Assembly: GCA_963804645.1 (NCBI GenBank)
Contig: CAWDRG010000019.1
Span: 245,227-309,226 of the forward strand
Direction: 5' to 3'
Length of the DNA: 64,000 bases
From: an uncultured Bacillota bacterium
GTDB taxonomy: Bacteria > Sysuimicrobiota > Sysuimicrobiia > Sysuimicrobiales > Segetimicrobiaceae
The position numbers and the translations under genes were made by a program. The notes below the pieces were generated by a model that was not told the DNA's origin, made no database searches, and saw nothing but the letters and a program-made list of their open reading frames with translations. Below are positions 11,012-20,436 of the stretch, piece after piece (within the stretch, counting starts at the first letter, position 1; each line of letters opens with the position of its first letter).

Positions 11012-12734
11012 ATGACGCAGTCGCAGACCAAGTACGTGTTCGTGACGGGGGGCGTCACCTCGGCCCTCGGTAAAGGGATCACCTCCGCCTCGCTCGGGCG
11101 CCTCCTCAAGAGCCGCGGGTGGAAGGTTACGCTGCTCAAGTTCGACCCCTACGTGAACGTGGACGCGGGCACGATGAACCCGTTTCAGCACGGCGAGGTG
11201 TTCGTCACCGACGATGGGGCGGAGACGGACATGGATCTCGGCACCTACGAGCGGTTCATCGACCAGAACTTGTGCCGCGACAACAATACGACGACCGGCA
11301 AGATCTACGGGGCGGTGATCGCCCGGGAGCGGCGCGGCGAGTACCTCGGCGGCACCGTCCAGGTGATCCCCCACGTTACGAACGAGATTCGCGACGAGAT
11401 CCTCCGCGTCGCCCGCGAGTCCGGGGCCGAGATCGTGGTGGTCGAGGTCGGGGGGACAGTCGGTGACATCGAGAGCCTGCCGTTTCTCGAGGCGATCCGG
11501 CAGTTTCGGCGGTATGTCGGCGAGGAGCACGTGATGTATGTGCACGTGTCGCTGATTCCCTATCTGCGCGGGGCCGGGGAGCTCAAGACGAAGCCGACCC
11601 AGCACAGCGTGAAGGAATTGCGCAGCATCGGGATCCACCCCGACGTGATCGTGTGCCGGACCGAGCGGCCGCTCGGCCGGAGCGTGCGCGAGAAGCTGGC
11701 GCTGTTCTGCGACGTGGCGCGCGGACGCCGTGATCCAGGCGATCGACGCGCCGAGCATCTACGAGGTGCCGCTGATCCTGGAGGAGGAGGGGCTCGCGCG
11801 CCAGGTGGAGCGACGGCTGCATCTGCCGGTGCGCCAGCCGGACCTCGCGGAGTGGCGGCGGCTCGTGGAGCGGGTCCTGCATCCGGAGGCGACCGTCCGG
11901 ATCGCGCTCGTCGGCAAGTACATGGGCAACGAGGATTCGTACGTCAGCATCGAGGAAGCCCTCCGGCACGGCGGCATCGCGTCGGGGTGCCGGGTGCGCA
12001 TCGTCAAGCTCGACTCCGAGGAGCTGGAGGCGCTCGACGCCGACGCCGTCGCCGCGGCCCTCGCCGAGTGCGACGGCATCCTCGTGTGCCCTGGGTTCGG
12101 CGCGCGGGGCGTCGAGGGGAAGGTCAAGGCCGTCCGGTACGCGAGGGAGCACCGCGTGCCGTTCTTCGGGGTCTGCTACGGCATGCAGTGGGCCGTGGTC
12201 GAGTTCGCCCGGCACGTCTGCGGCCTCGAGGGCGCCAACACCACCGAGGTCGACCCGGATACCCCTCATCCGGTGATCGCGCTGCTGCCGGAGCAGCAGG
12301 GCGTGACCGACAAGGGCGGGACGATGCGGCTCGGCCTGTACCCCTGCCGCCTCGCGCCGGGTTCGCTCGCGCAGCGGGCGTACGGCGAGGGCGAGGTACG
12401 GGAGCGCCACCGCCACCGCTTCGAGGTCAACAACGACTATCTGGCGGTGCTGACGCGGCACGGCATGCGGGTGACGGGGCTGTATCCCGACCGGCAGCTG
12501 GTCGAGATCGTGGAGCTCGCGGACCATCCGTGGTTCCTGGGGACCCAGTTCCACGCCGAGTATCGGTCGCGGCCGAACCGGCCGCACCCGCTCTACCGCG
12601 ATTTTATCGCGGCGGCGCTGCGGCACGCCCGGTCCGCCTCCGCCGAGCCGGAACGGGCGTCGCCCGCGCTGGCGCAGAACGGCGACGCGGTGGCGGCCGC
12701 CGCTCCGGAAGAAGAGCCGGTCGGCGGCGCGTGA
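11012..12734 (+). CDS. pyrG: CTP synthase (apparent +1 frameshift at ~11720)
   Basis: Synthase domain ([19 protein letters not shown]) in ORF 11012; GATase domain ([20 protein letters not shown]) in ORF 11730-12734. Confidence 0.95.
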
Positions 12735-12810
12735 CCGGGGAGGAGGCGTCGGACCCCGGTACGAATTAAACGGGTTACGAACGCACGAAGTGAATCGGGA
12801 GGGAGCGGCG

Positions 12811-13713
12811 ATGGCGAGCGTCGTGTACGTGAACGGTCGGTTCGTGACGAAGGACGAGGCCACGGTGTCGGTGTACGATCACGGGTTCCTCTACGGCGAC
12901 GGCGTGTTCGAGGGGATCCGAGCGTACAACGGCCGCGTGTTCAAGCTCCGGGAGCACGTCGACCGGCTGTTCGACTCCGCCCACACGCTCCAGCTGAAGA
13001 TTCCGATGTCCCGCGAGCAGATGGCGGACGCGATCGTCGAGACCGTCCGGCGCACGGGATTTCGCGACGCGTACATCCGCCCCGTGATCTCGCGCGGCCG
13101 CGGCGACCTCGGCATCGATCCCAAGAAGTGCCCGGCGCCGTCGGTGATCATCATCGTCGATACGATCCAGCTGTATCCCGAGGAGGCCTACCAGCGCGGC
13201 CTGCGCCTCGTCACCACGTCGACGCGGATGCGCGCGGCGGACGTGCTCAATCCGCGGATCAAGACGTGCAATTACCTGAGCAACATCATGGGCCGGCTCG
13301 AGGTGAACCTCGCCGGGGCCGACGAGGGGCTGATGCTGACGGCCTCGGGCCACGTCGCCGAGTGCACCGCCGACAACATCTTCGTCGTGCGGCGCGGCCG
13401 CGTGGCGACGCCCCCGGTTTACCTCGGGATCCTCGAGGGCGTCACCCGCCAGACGGTGCTCGACCTGTGCGACACCCTCGGCCTGCCGGCGGTGGAGCAG
13501 GTGATGTCGCTCCACGATGTCTACACCTCCGACGAGTGCTTCCTGACCGGCACCGGGGCGGAGCTCGGACCGGTGGTGCAGGTCGACGGCCGCGCGATCG
13601 GCACCGGCAAACCCGGGCCGATCACAAACCGGATCCTCAAGGCGTTCCGCGAGTACGCCGCGCGCGAAGGCACGCCGGTGTACGCGGCCGAGGGAGCGCC
13701 AGCGGGGGAGTGA
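12811..13713 (+). CDS. ilvE: Branched-chain amino acid aminotransferase (class IV)
   Basis: DHGFLYGDGVFEGIRAY, IKTCNYL, LEGVTR, FLTGTGAE; GGAGGGAG RBS. Confidence 0.93.
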   Translation: MASVVYVNGRFVTKDEATVSVYDHGFLYGDGVFEGIRAYNGRVFKLREHVDRLFDSAHTLQLKIPMSREQMADAIVETVRRTGFRDAYIRPVISRGRGDLGIDPKKCPAPSVIIIVDTIQLYPEEAYQRGLRLVTTSTRMRAADVLNPRIKTCNYLSNIMGRLEVNLAGADEGLMLTASGHVAECTADNIFVVRRGRVATPPVYLGILEGVTRQTVLDLCDTLGLPAVEQVMSLHDVYTSDECFLTGTGAELGPVVQVDGRAIGTGKPGPITNRILKAFREYAAREGTPVYAAEGAPAGE

Positions 13714-14243
13714 CGTACCGCCTGGTCGAGAGCCGCCGCGTCTTCGACGGCAAGGTCGTCGGGGTGCGGCTCGACGAGGTGGAGTCACCGAGCGGGGCGC
13801 GGTTTACCGCCGAGATCGTCGAGCACCGCGGCGCCGTGGCGATCGTGCCGGTGACGGCGGACGGACAGGTGCTGCTCGTGCGCCAATACCGGCTTCCGGT
13901 CGGGCGCGACCTGCTCGAGGTTCCTGCCGGGACGATCGAACCCGGAGAGGCGCCGGATGTGTGCGCGCGCCGCGAACTGGCCGAGGAAGTGGGACAGGCC
14001 GCGGCGCGGTGGGACCACCTGCTGTCGTTCTTCCCGTCCCCCGGCATCCTGACCGAGGTCATGTACGTGTACCTGGCCCGGGACCTGACCCCGCGGCCCG
14101 TGCCCCGCGAGGAAGAGGATCTTCGGATCGTGCCAACGCCGCTCGATGACGTGCGCCGCCGCATCGCGTCCGGGGAGATCTGCGACGCGAAGTCGATCAT
14201 CGGCCTCCACGCCGCGTGCGAGCGGCTCGGCCTCGCGCCCTAG
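13710..14243 (+). CDS. nudF: NUDIX hydrolase (ADP-ribose pyrophosphatase-like)
   Basis: Nudix box PAGTIEPGEAPDVCARRELAEEVG, SPG, I.DAKSI; GTGA overlap with the ilvE stop. Confidence 0.85.
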   Translation: MTYRLVESRRVFDGKVVGVRLDEVESPSGARFTAEIVEHRGAVAIVPVTADGQVLLVRQYRLPVGRDLLEVPAGTIEPGEAPDVCARRELAEEVGQAAARWDHLLSFFPSPGILTEVMYVYLARDLTPRPVPREEEDLRIVPTPLDDVRRRIASGEICDAKSIIGLHAACERLGLAP

Positions 14244-14271
14244 CGGGGGCGCACCCATCCGGGACTGATCG

Positions 14272-15456
14272 ATGCCCCCGTTTGAGCGGGTCGTCGTGAT
14301 CGTGCTCGACAGCTGCGGCGTCGGCGACGCCCCCGATGCCGCACAGTACGGCGATCTCGGCGCGAGCACCCTCCCCCACGTCGCCCGCGCCTGCGGCGGC
14401 CTCCGCCTGCCCGTGATGGGGCGGCTCGGGTTGGGCCGCATCGCGGCGATCGACGGCATCCCTCCGGCGGCGGCGCCGACGGGTGCCTTCGGGAGGATGA
14501 TCGAGATCGCCGCGGGCAAGGACAGCACCACCGGGCACTGGGAGCTGATGGGCCTGCCGCTCGCCGTGCCGTTCCCGACCTACCCCAAGGGATTTCCGCC
14601 CGACGTGATCGCGGCCTTCGAATCCCGGATCGGCCGCCGGGTCCTCGGGAACCGCCCCGCGTCGGGAACCCAGATCATCGCGGAACTCGGGGAAGAGCAC
14701 CTGCGCACGGGGCGCCCCATCGTGTACACCTCCGCCGACAGCGTCTTCCAGGTCGCCGCGCACGAATCGGTGATTCCGGTCGACGAGCTGTACCGGGAGT
14801 GCCAGATCGCCCGGGACGAGGTGCTGGTCGGGTCCCACGCCGTCAGCCGCGTGATCGCCCGGCCGTTTGTCGGAGAACCCGGGCGGTTCGTGCGGACCGA
14901 CCGGCGGCGGGACTTCTCCGTGCCGCCGCCCGAGCCGACGGTCCTCGACCGCCTCCAGGCCGCCGGCATCGAGGTCGTCGCGATCGGGAAGATCGCGGAC
15001 CTGTTCGCCGGCCGCGGCATCACCGGGACCGTGCACACGCACAACGACCTGGACGGCCTGCTCGAGACCGCGGGTGCCTTGGAGCGCGGCCGCCGGGGTC
15101 TCATCTTCACCAACCTGGTCGATCTTGACACGCTGTACGGCCACCGGAACGATCCCCGCGGGTACGGGACCGATCTCGAAGCGATCGATGCGGTGCTCGG
15201 GCCGATCGTCGACAGCCTCGGTCCGACCGATCTGGTCATCTTGACGGCCGATCACGGAAACGATCCCACCACCTCCGGCACCGACCACACGCGAGAGATG
15301 GTCCCCTTGCTCATCGGCGGGCCGCGGGTCCGGGGCGGCACCGACCTCGGCGTGCGGACGACGTTCGCGGATGTCGGTGCCACCGTGGCCGAGGCGCTCG
15401 GCGCGGCGCCCCCGCGTGCGGGGACGAGCGTGCTCCGCCAGGTGACGACGCAGTGA
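14272..15456 (+). CDS. deoB: Phosphopentomutase
   Basis: [50 protein letters not shown]. Confidence 0.96.
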   Translation: MPPFERVVVIVLDSCGVGDAPDAAQYGDLGASTLPHVARACGGLRLPVMGRLGLGRIAAIDGIPPAAAPTGAFGRMIEIAAGKDSTTGHWELMGLPLAVPFPTYPKGFPPDVIAAFESRIGRRVLGNRPASGTQIIAELGEEHLRTGRPIVYTSADSVFQVAAHESVIPVDELYRECQIARDEVLVGSHAVSRVIARPFVGEPGRFVRTDRRRDFSVPPPEPTVLDRLQAAGIEVVAIGKIADLFAGRGITGTVHTHNDLDGLLETAGALERGRRGLIFTNLVDLDTLYGHRNDPRGYGTDLEAIDAVLGPIVDSLGPTDLVILTADHGNDPTTSGTDHTREMVPLLIGGPRVRGGTDLGVRTTFADVGATVAEALGAAPPRAGTSVLRQVTTQ

Positions 15457-15490
15457 CGCGGACGCGCGTCCGATCTGCGGGGAGCGGGCC

Positions 15491-16336
15491 ATGACGCTGC
15501 GGGAGCGGCTGCGGGAGGCGGTTGCCGTCGTGCGCGCCAGGTCGGAGGGATTCCGGCCCGAGGTCGGGGTCATCTTGGGCAGCGGTCTGGGTGGTCTCGC
15601 CGACGTCGTGCACGCGCGCGCCGCGGTGCCGTACGCGGAGATCCCCCATTTTCCGGTGCCGACCGCCGAGGGGCACCGAGGGCGGCTGATCCTCGGGACC
15701 CTCGAAGGACAGGCGGTCGCGGCACTCCAGGGCCGCTGCCACCTCTACGAGGGCCACTCGGCCGCTCACGTCGCGCTGCCGGTGCGCGTCCTCGCCGACC
15801 TCGGGGTGCGTACGCTGCTCGTCACCAACGCGGCGGGCGGCCTGAACCCTACGTTCAGAGCGGGCGACCTGATGATCATCGAGGACCACATCAACTTCAC
15901 CGGCACGAACCCGCTGGTCGGCGAGAACGATCCGGAGCTGGGTCCTCGGTTTCCGGACATGTCGGCGGCGTATGATCTGGCGCTTCGCGAGGCCGCCCTC
16001 GCGGCCTCGCGCGAGGAGGGCGTCCCGCTCCGGTCAGGCGTGTACGTGGGGGTCTTGGGTCCGTCGTACGAGACGCCGGCCGAGGTCGAGATGCTGTCGC
16101 GGTGGGGCGCCGACGCCGTCGGCATGTCGACGGTCACGGAGGTGATCGCCGCGCGGCACCGGGGCCTTTGGGTGTTGGGGATCGCCGCGATTACCAACTC
16201 CCTCGTGCGAGGAACCGGCCAGAAGGGCGCGGTGACGCACGCGGAGGTGCTGTCGGTCGCGTCTGAACTCGGGCCGCGATTCGTGCGGCTGGTGCGGCGA
16301 ATCTTGCGCACCGTTCCGCGAGGGGACATCTGGTGA
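15491..16336 (+). CDS. punA: Purine-nucleoside phosphorylase (trimeric type)
   Basis: ILGSGLG, GR.HLYEG, TNAAGGLN, GPSYETPAE, AVGMSTV. Confidence 0.94.
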   Translation: MTLRERLREAVAVVRARSEGFRPEVGVILGSGLGGLADVVHARAAVPYAEIPHFPVPTAEGHRGRLILGTLEGQAVAALQGRCHLYEGHSAAHVALPVRVLADLGVRTLLVTNAAGGLNPTFRAGDLMIIEDHINFTGTNPLVGENDPELGPRFPDMSAAYDLALREAALAASREEGVPLRSGVYVGVLGPSYETPAEVEMLSRWGADAVGMSTVTEVIAARHRGLWVLGIAAITNSLVRGTGQKGAVTHAEVLSVASELGPRFVRLVRRILRTVPRGDIW

Positions 16337-16373
16337 CACTTGGCAGCCGCACCAGATCAGTTCCTGGTCGCAG

Positions 16374-16625
16374 CTACGTTTTTCGATAGACCTCGCGGCG
16401 GTGAGCGATGCGGAGTACGAGATATCCCTCTTCGGTTCGCGCGTAGATCACCCGATAGTCGCCAACCCTAAGCTTGAACAGGCCAGCAAACGGCCCGTGC
16501 AGCGCTTCTCCTCGGTGCCCCTCAGTACTCAGAGCGCGCTCGACTGACGCGAGCACTCGCGACGCCCTGGCCGTGTCAAGTCGTCGAAGATCCTTCTCAA
16601 CTGACGCTTTGTACGTGATTACCAT
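16374..16625 (-). CDS. RelE/ParE-family toxin
   Basis: 83 aa; KDLRRL, KLRVGDYRVIY, IAHRREVY. Confidence 0.88.
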   Translation of the reverse strand: MVITYKASVEKDLRRLDTARASRVLASVERALSTEGHRGEALHGPFAGLFKLRVGDYRVIYARTEEGYLVLRIAHRREVYRKT

Positions 16626-16775
16626 GCAACGGCGTCGCCGGCTTCGTTCCCATTGACGCCGCGGTCACCCGAATCTCGAGCTGCGCCCGCTGGGTACCGG
16701 CCTTCCGTCGCGTTCTCGGCGTCGCAACACGTCGGCACGACACTCAACCCTCGCATGTGATAGGGGAGGACGTTC

Positions 16776-17000
16776 CTACTTCTTACGAGCGATACGCGCC
16801 CGAAGGACGGTTGCAGAGACCACGGGGTCGTCCTTATCCCGCAGACGATCCAAGGCGATCTGATAGTCTGCATAATCCGCAAGGTATGCCTCAATGGCAC
16901 GGAGCACGATGTAGGTCTTCGGCCGGTCGGTGGCCGACGCAACGGTATCGAGCGCCTTCGCGGTAGCGTCGGGCAGACGAATCGAAATCGGAACAGACAC
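16776..17000 (-). CDS. Ribbon-helix-helix (CopG/RelB-like) antitoxin
   Basis: ISIRLPD...LD.VA..TDRPKTYIV.RAIE; upstream of the RelE gene. Confidence 0.85.
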   Translation of the reverse strand: MSVPISIRLPDATAKALDTVASATDRPKTYIVLRAIEAYLADYADYQIALDRLRDKDDPVVSATVLRARIARKK

Positions 17001-17024
17001 AAGATCGCCTCCGATCGCATCATG

Positions 17025-17072
17025 TGTCTAACACGTAAGACAAGTATATCGAATTCACATCCCGCGCGTCAA
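17025..17072 (-). promoter_or_regulatory. TA operon promoter with palindromic operator
   Basis: Minus strand TTGACG-N18-TATACT (17072..17043), followed by a TGTCT-N8-AGACA inverted repeat (17025-17042). Confidence 0.6.
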
Positions 17073-17103
17073 CGGCTCCCGGAAGCACCGGCACGGCGCC
17101 GGG

Positions 17104-18195
17104 TCAGAGCGGAAAGCACAACGCGAGCCAATCAGGGGGCGGGCCGAGCTGCGCTGTCAGCGCCGCCCATTCGACGGCCAGGCGTGCCGCCAACTGGTAC
17201 GTCGTCGCGGCGGTGCTCGGCTGCCAGACTCCAGCGAAGCCCGGGACGCCCACCGCCGCGCGAGTCTTGTCGAACGCGATCGTTGTGTGGACGAACTCCT
17301 CGTGCGTCTCGTCGCCGCGGGCGTAGGGCTCGAGCCACCGCAGCGCCGCGGCCAGCGACGCCCCGCTGCGGCCCGCGGTCGTATACCAGTCGAGCCCGTG
17401 CGCGCGCGCGGCGAGGGCCGCCGTGAGGAGCGGCTCGAGGTCGTACGTGACGTAGTGCAGTGCGTCCCGCTGCCCGAAGTCCACCGGCGCCCCGTCGGCG
17501 CGCAGGTTCCAATCCAGCTGCGTCTGAAACGCGCGGGCGGCGTCCGCGATCAGCTCGGGGTCGCCCAGCGCAAAGGCTGCGAGGGTAATCAACTTCACCC
17601 GGTGGCTCTGCCAGTTGTTGAAGGTATTCAGATGCTGCGGGTCGGGATGGACGCCGAGGTAGCCGACCGCGAGCGCGCGCAGGAGCGCGGTCATCTGTCC
17701 GCGCGTGGCATCCGGCAGCCGCGCGCCCACAAGGTCGTATCCGAGAATCATGCCATCGAGGTTCGTTTCGTCGATGGGATCGAGGCTGACCCGGTACACT
17801 GCGAGCCACGCCTGGAAGTAGCGGGCCGCGGCACGCGCGTAGGCATCGTCTCCCGTCAGCGCGTACGCGAGCCCGAGATCGCGCATCGCGGGCCAGTCCC
17901 GTTCGGCGACCTCGCTGTCGTCGTAGATCCCCTGATGCGGCAGCGTCCCTTCGACGTGGACGCGCGGCACGGCGTCGGGGACGCGTGCGGCGGCGCGATC
18001 CGCGGCCCGGATCGTCTGCTGCGCCGCGGTGGTCGTCCGCGCACCCGGGAGCGCGTCGGCGGTCGTGGGCGCGATCAGGGCAAAGGGCGGGGATCCCGGC
18101 ACGTCCGCCGGAGTTTGCGATGCCGCCAGCAGCACGACGGCGAGCGCCGCGAGCGGCCACGCGCGGCCCGCGTCAATGCGGCGTGCCGGTCGCAC
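17104..18195 (-). CDS. Secreted alginate-lyase-family-like protein
   Basis: GGAGG RBS and GTG at 18195; basic/hydrophobic signal region; NNWQSH and RDALHYVTY resemble the PF05426 NN.. and HY motifs. Confidence 0.7.
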   Translation of the reverse strand: MRPARRIDAGRAWPLAALAVVLLAASQTPADVPGSPPFALIAPTTADALPGARTTTAAQQTIRAADRAAARVPDAVPRVHVEGTLPHQGIYDDSEVAERDWPAMRDLGLAYALTGDDAYARAAARYFQAWLAVYRVSLDPIDETNLDGMILGYDLVGARLPDATRGQMTALLRALAVGYLGVHPDPQHLNTFNNWQSHRVKLITLAAFALGDPELIADAARAFQTQLDWNLRADGAPVDFGQRDALHYVTYDLEPLLTAALAARAHGLDWYTTAGRSGASLAAALRWLEPYARGDETHEEFVHTTIAFDKTRAAVGVPGFAGVWQPSTAATTYQLAARLAVEWAALTAQLGPPPDWLALCFPL

Positions 18196-18218
18196 CGGGA
18201 GCCACCTCCAGCGCCGTG

Positions 18219-18650
18219 CTAGCGCGTCGTGCCCGTCGACCGCATGCGCGCGGCGATCGTCCGAAAGTCCGCGGCCGGGATCTCGAGAAACCCGAACCGG
18301 AACGGCGCGCCCCACCGTGCCTTGTTCTTGATGAAGGACAGACGCGCGATGAGGGGACGGATGCTGACCTCCGCGGCCCGCTCGTACCGGACCCGTCGCC
18401 GGTAGGGCTGAAACCCGGGCGACTGCTCGACCTGGATGGGTTCGGCGTCGAGGACCCGTCCGATCGCCGTGAACTGCTGACAGAGCGTCGGTCCATCGTA
18501 CGTTTCCTTGCCCGAATAGTAGATCACCCAGTCGCCTTTCGAGAGCCGCTTGGCCGGGCCAAGATTCCCATGGCCGAACTGCGCGAAGCCGCCCCGCCGC
18601 CCGAGCCGCACGTGCTCCCTGGACGCGACCCCGATCCAGTAGCGCGTCAT
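18219..18650 (-). CDS. EVE-domain protein (UPF0310-like)
   Basis: YWIGVASREHV..G..GGFAQ..HG, GDWVIYYS, CQQFTAIG.V, WG..FRFGFLEI...DF. Confidence 0.88.
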   Translation of the reverse strand: MTRYWIGVASREHVRLGRRGGFAQFGHGNLGPAKRLSKGDWVIYYSGKETYDGPTLCQQFTAIGRVLDAEPIQVEQSPGFQPYRRRVRYERAAEVSIRPLIARLSFIKNKARWGAPFRFGFLEIPAADFRTIAARMRSTGTTR

Positions 18651-18880
18651 GCCCGATCGCCCCCGCCGCGGTGTGTCACCACGTGTCAGTCTACGTTTTC
18701 AACATCCTGCCATTCGGTCAACTGCGCACGAGCATCCGCCGGCGCTGGTGAACTCCTCGCCTTACTGGGATTCGTTCGGCGAGCGTCCCGTTATCCTCCC
18801 GTCGCCGCGCCATGCGCCCCTCCCGTGCCCGCACGGTGAGGGAACATGCGGCGCCGCCCACCGACGAGCCGTTCGTTCGG

Positions 18881-20257
18881 CTACTTCTTCTTGCAACTGC
18901 CGCTCGTCGCATCCCACGTGTCTTTGGCTCCACACGTTGTCTCCACCCACTTGACTGCCCCGGTCGGCAGGGTGATGACGAGATGCCGGGAACTCTTGTT
19001 GTTGTCGGTCAGCATGTGGACCTTCGGGTCGGTATTGATCCCCACAAATTTGCCGCTTCCCTTGACCCCGTCGTCCTTGATCAGATCGGCGGACCCCTGC
19101 ATCGTCACTGACGAGAAAACGGGCCATTCTCCCGCACCCTTGGTGTCATCTTCGATGATGAATTCCGCCTGCCAGCCGAGCTTGCCGTTGCCCAGGTCGC
19201 TGGCAATGAGCTTGTAGGACGGGCAGTCTGAGCTTGCGGCCTTGTCGCACTCCCATTGTGTGTGTCGGGTGATGTCGACCATGTTCGTGCACTCGTAGCC
19301 ACCGGTCAGATCCAAGCCTCCCTTGGCGTTGCAATACCACTCCTCGAGGGAAATGCGGTCGCCGGGCACCGGAGTGAATCGTGTTCCCGCGGTGTCGATT
19401 CCCTTGTTGCTGTGAGGGTCAAACGATTGGCGGTGAATCGCAAAGGACGCGGCCGTCGCCGTCGAATTGACATCGATGACGGCTTGGAACACATTGTCGA
19501 GCCCGTTCCATATCGTCATCGCGGCCGTGGGCCCGGGCGTGACCTTTGGGACCACGACGGTCGCCGAACTCGCCCCGTAACTGATGGTCTCAGCGGCCGT
19601 CGCCTTCTTTTGGAAGGAACCTTGAAGGATGACCCCGGTCCAGCCGGACGACGGGCTCTTGTAGACGTTCGCGTTCAACACGGGGGCCTGCAACGTTCGG
19701 TCGGTACGGAGCTTGTACACCGGCACGCTCGCCGCGGCCAGCCACTGTTGGTACGCGTCCGGATTCGCTGTCGGATCGGGGCGCAGTCCGTAGCCTGCCT
19801 GGACCAGCGCGTCCTGCGTGAAGCGACGCGGGTCGCCGGTCAGTGCTGGCCGTACCGCCAGCGCCGCGCGCGGGGCGTCAAACGGACGCGGTGTGAACGT
19901 CGCCTCCGAGCGAAGATCGACGACATAGGTGGTGGTCCGGTTGGTGACGCCGGTGCAATCGAGCGCCAACCGCTCGACGCTGTGCGGCAGCGTTGGACGC
20001 ACCGCGAGAAAGCGGGCCACGCCATCCTCATCGGCATTGACGCGGATGGACTCCGTCGGGTCCGGGTTCCCTTCGGGGTGAAGGATGCAGTTGCTGCCCG
20101 CGGGGACGGCGACCGACGCCGGTTCAAATTGCGCCTGCCCGTCCGGGCGTTGCGGCGGCGTGCTGTGCGACGACGCGTCAGGGGACCCCAGCAGACCCAA
20201 GATCATCACGATTGCGCACACTGCGCCGTAGCGACTCGAGGGACCGTAGCGTGCCAT
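18881..20257 (-). CDS. Secreted G1-family (eqolisin-like) glutamic peptidase with long pro-region
   Basis: Signal peptide; SSGWTG (cf. SSNWAG), IWNGLD..FQ, AEFIIED matching the catalytic Glu motif of scytalidoglutamic peptidase. Confidence 0.6.
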   Translation of the reverse strand: MARYGPSSRYGAVCAIVMILGLLGSPDASSHSTPPQRPDGQAQFEPASVAVPAGSNCILHPEGNPDPTESIRVNADEDGVARFLAVRPTLPHSVERLALDCTGVTNRTTTYVVDLRSEATFTPRPFDAPRAALAVRPALTGDPRRFTQDALVQAGYGLRPDPTANPDAYQQWLAAASVPVYKLRTDRTLQAPVLNANVYKSPSSGWTGVILQGSFQKKATAAETISYGASSATVVVPKVTPGPTAAMTIWNGLDNVFQAVIDVNSTATAASFAIHRQSFDPHSNKGIDTAGTRFTPVPGDRISLEEWYCNAKGGLDLTGGYECTNMVDITRHTQWECDKAASSDCPSYKLIASDLGNGKLGWQAEFIIEDDTKGAGEWPVFSSVTMQGSADLIKDDGVKGSGKFVGINTDPKVHMLTDNNKSSRHLVITLPTGAVKWVETTCGAKDTWDATSGSCKKK

Positions 20258-20436
20258 CGCGCGCCTCCTGTACGTCGGAATCTCCCGGCAGACTCCAGAA
20301 CGCGCCCCGTCTCTGCAGCGGGGACCTCTCTCGCTCTAATGTCAGAGTATACCTCCGCGTGGCCCCGTCTACCGCCGCGGCGGCAGGGTTTGCCGCGGGA
20401 CGGGGCCAACTTCTGCCGGACATGGGCGCGGGGACG

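Noticed and set aside
11700..11740. Programmed frameshift in pyrG (and in tlyA, nadK, plsY)
   Set aside because: No slippery heptamer seen, and similar breaks are scattered over unrelated genes; indel error is simpler
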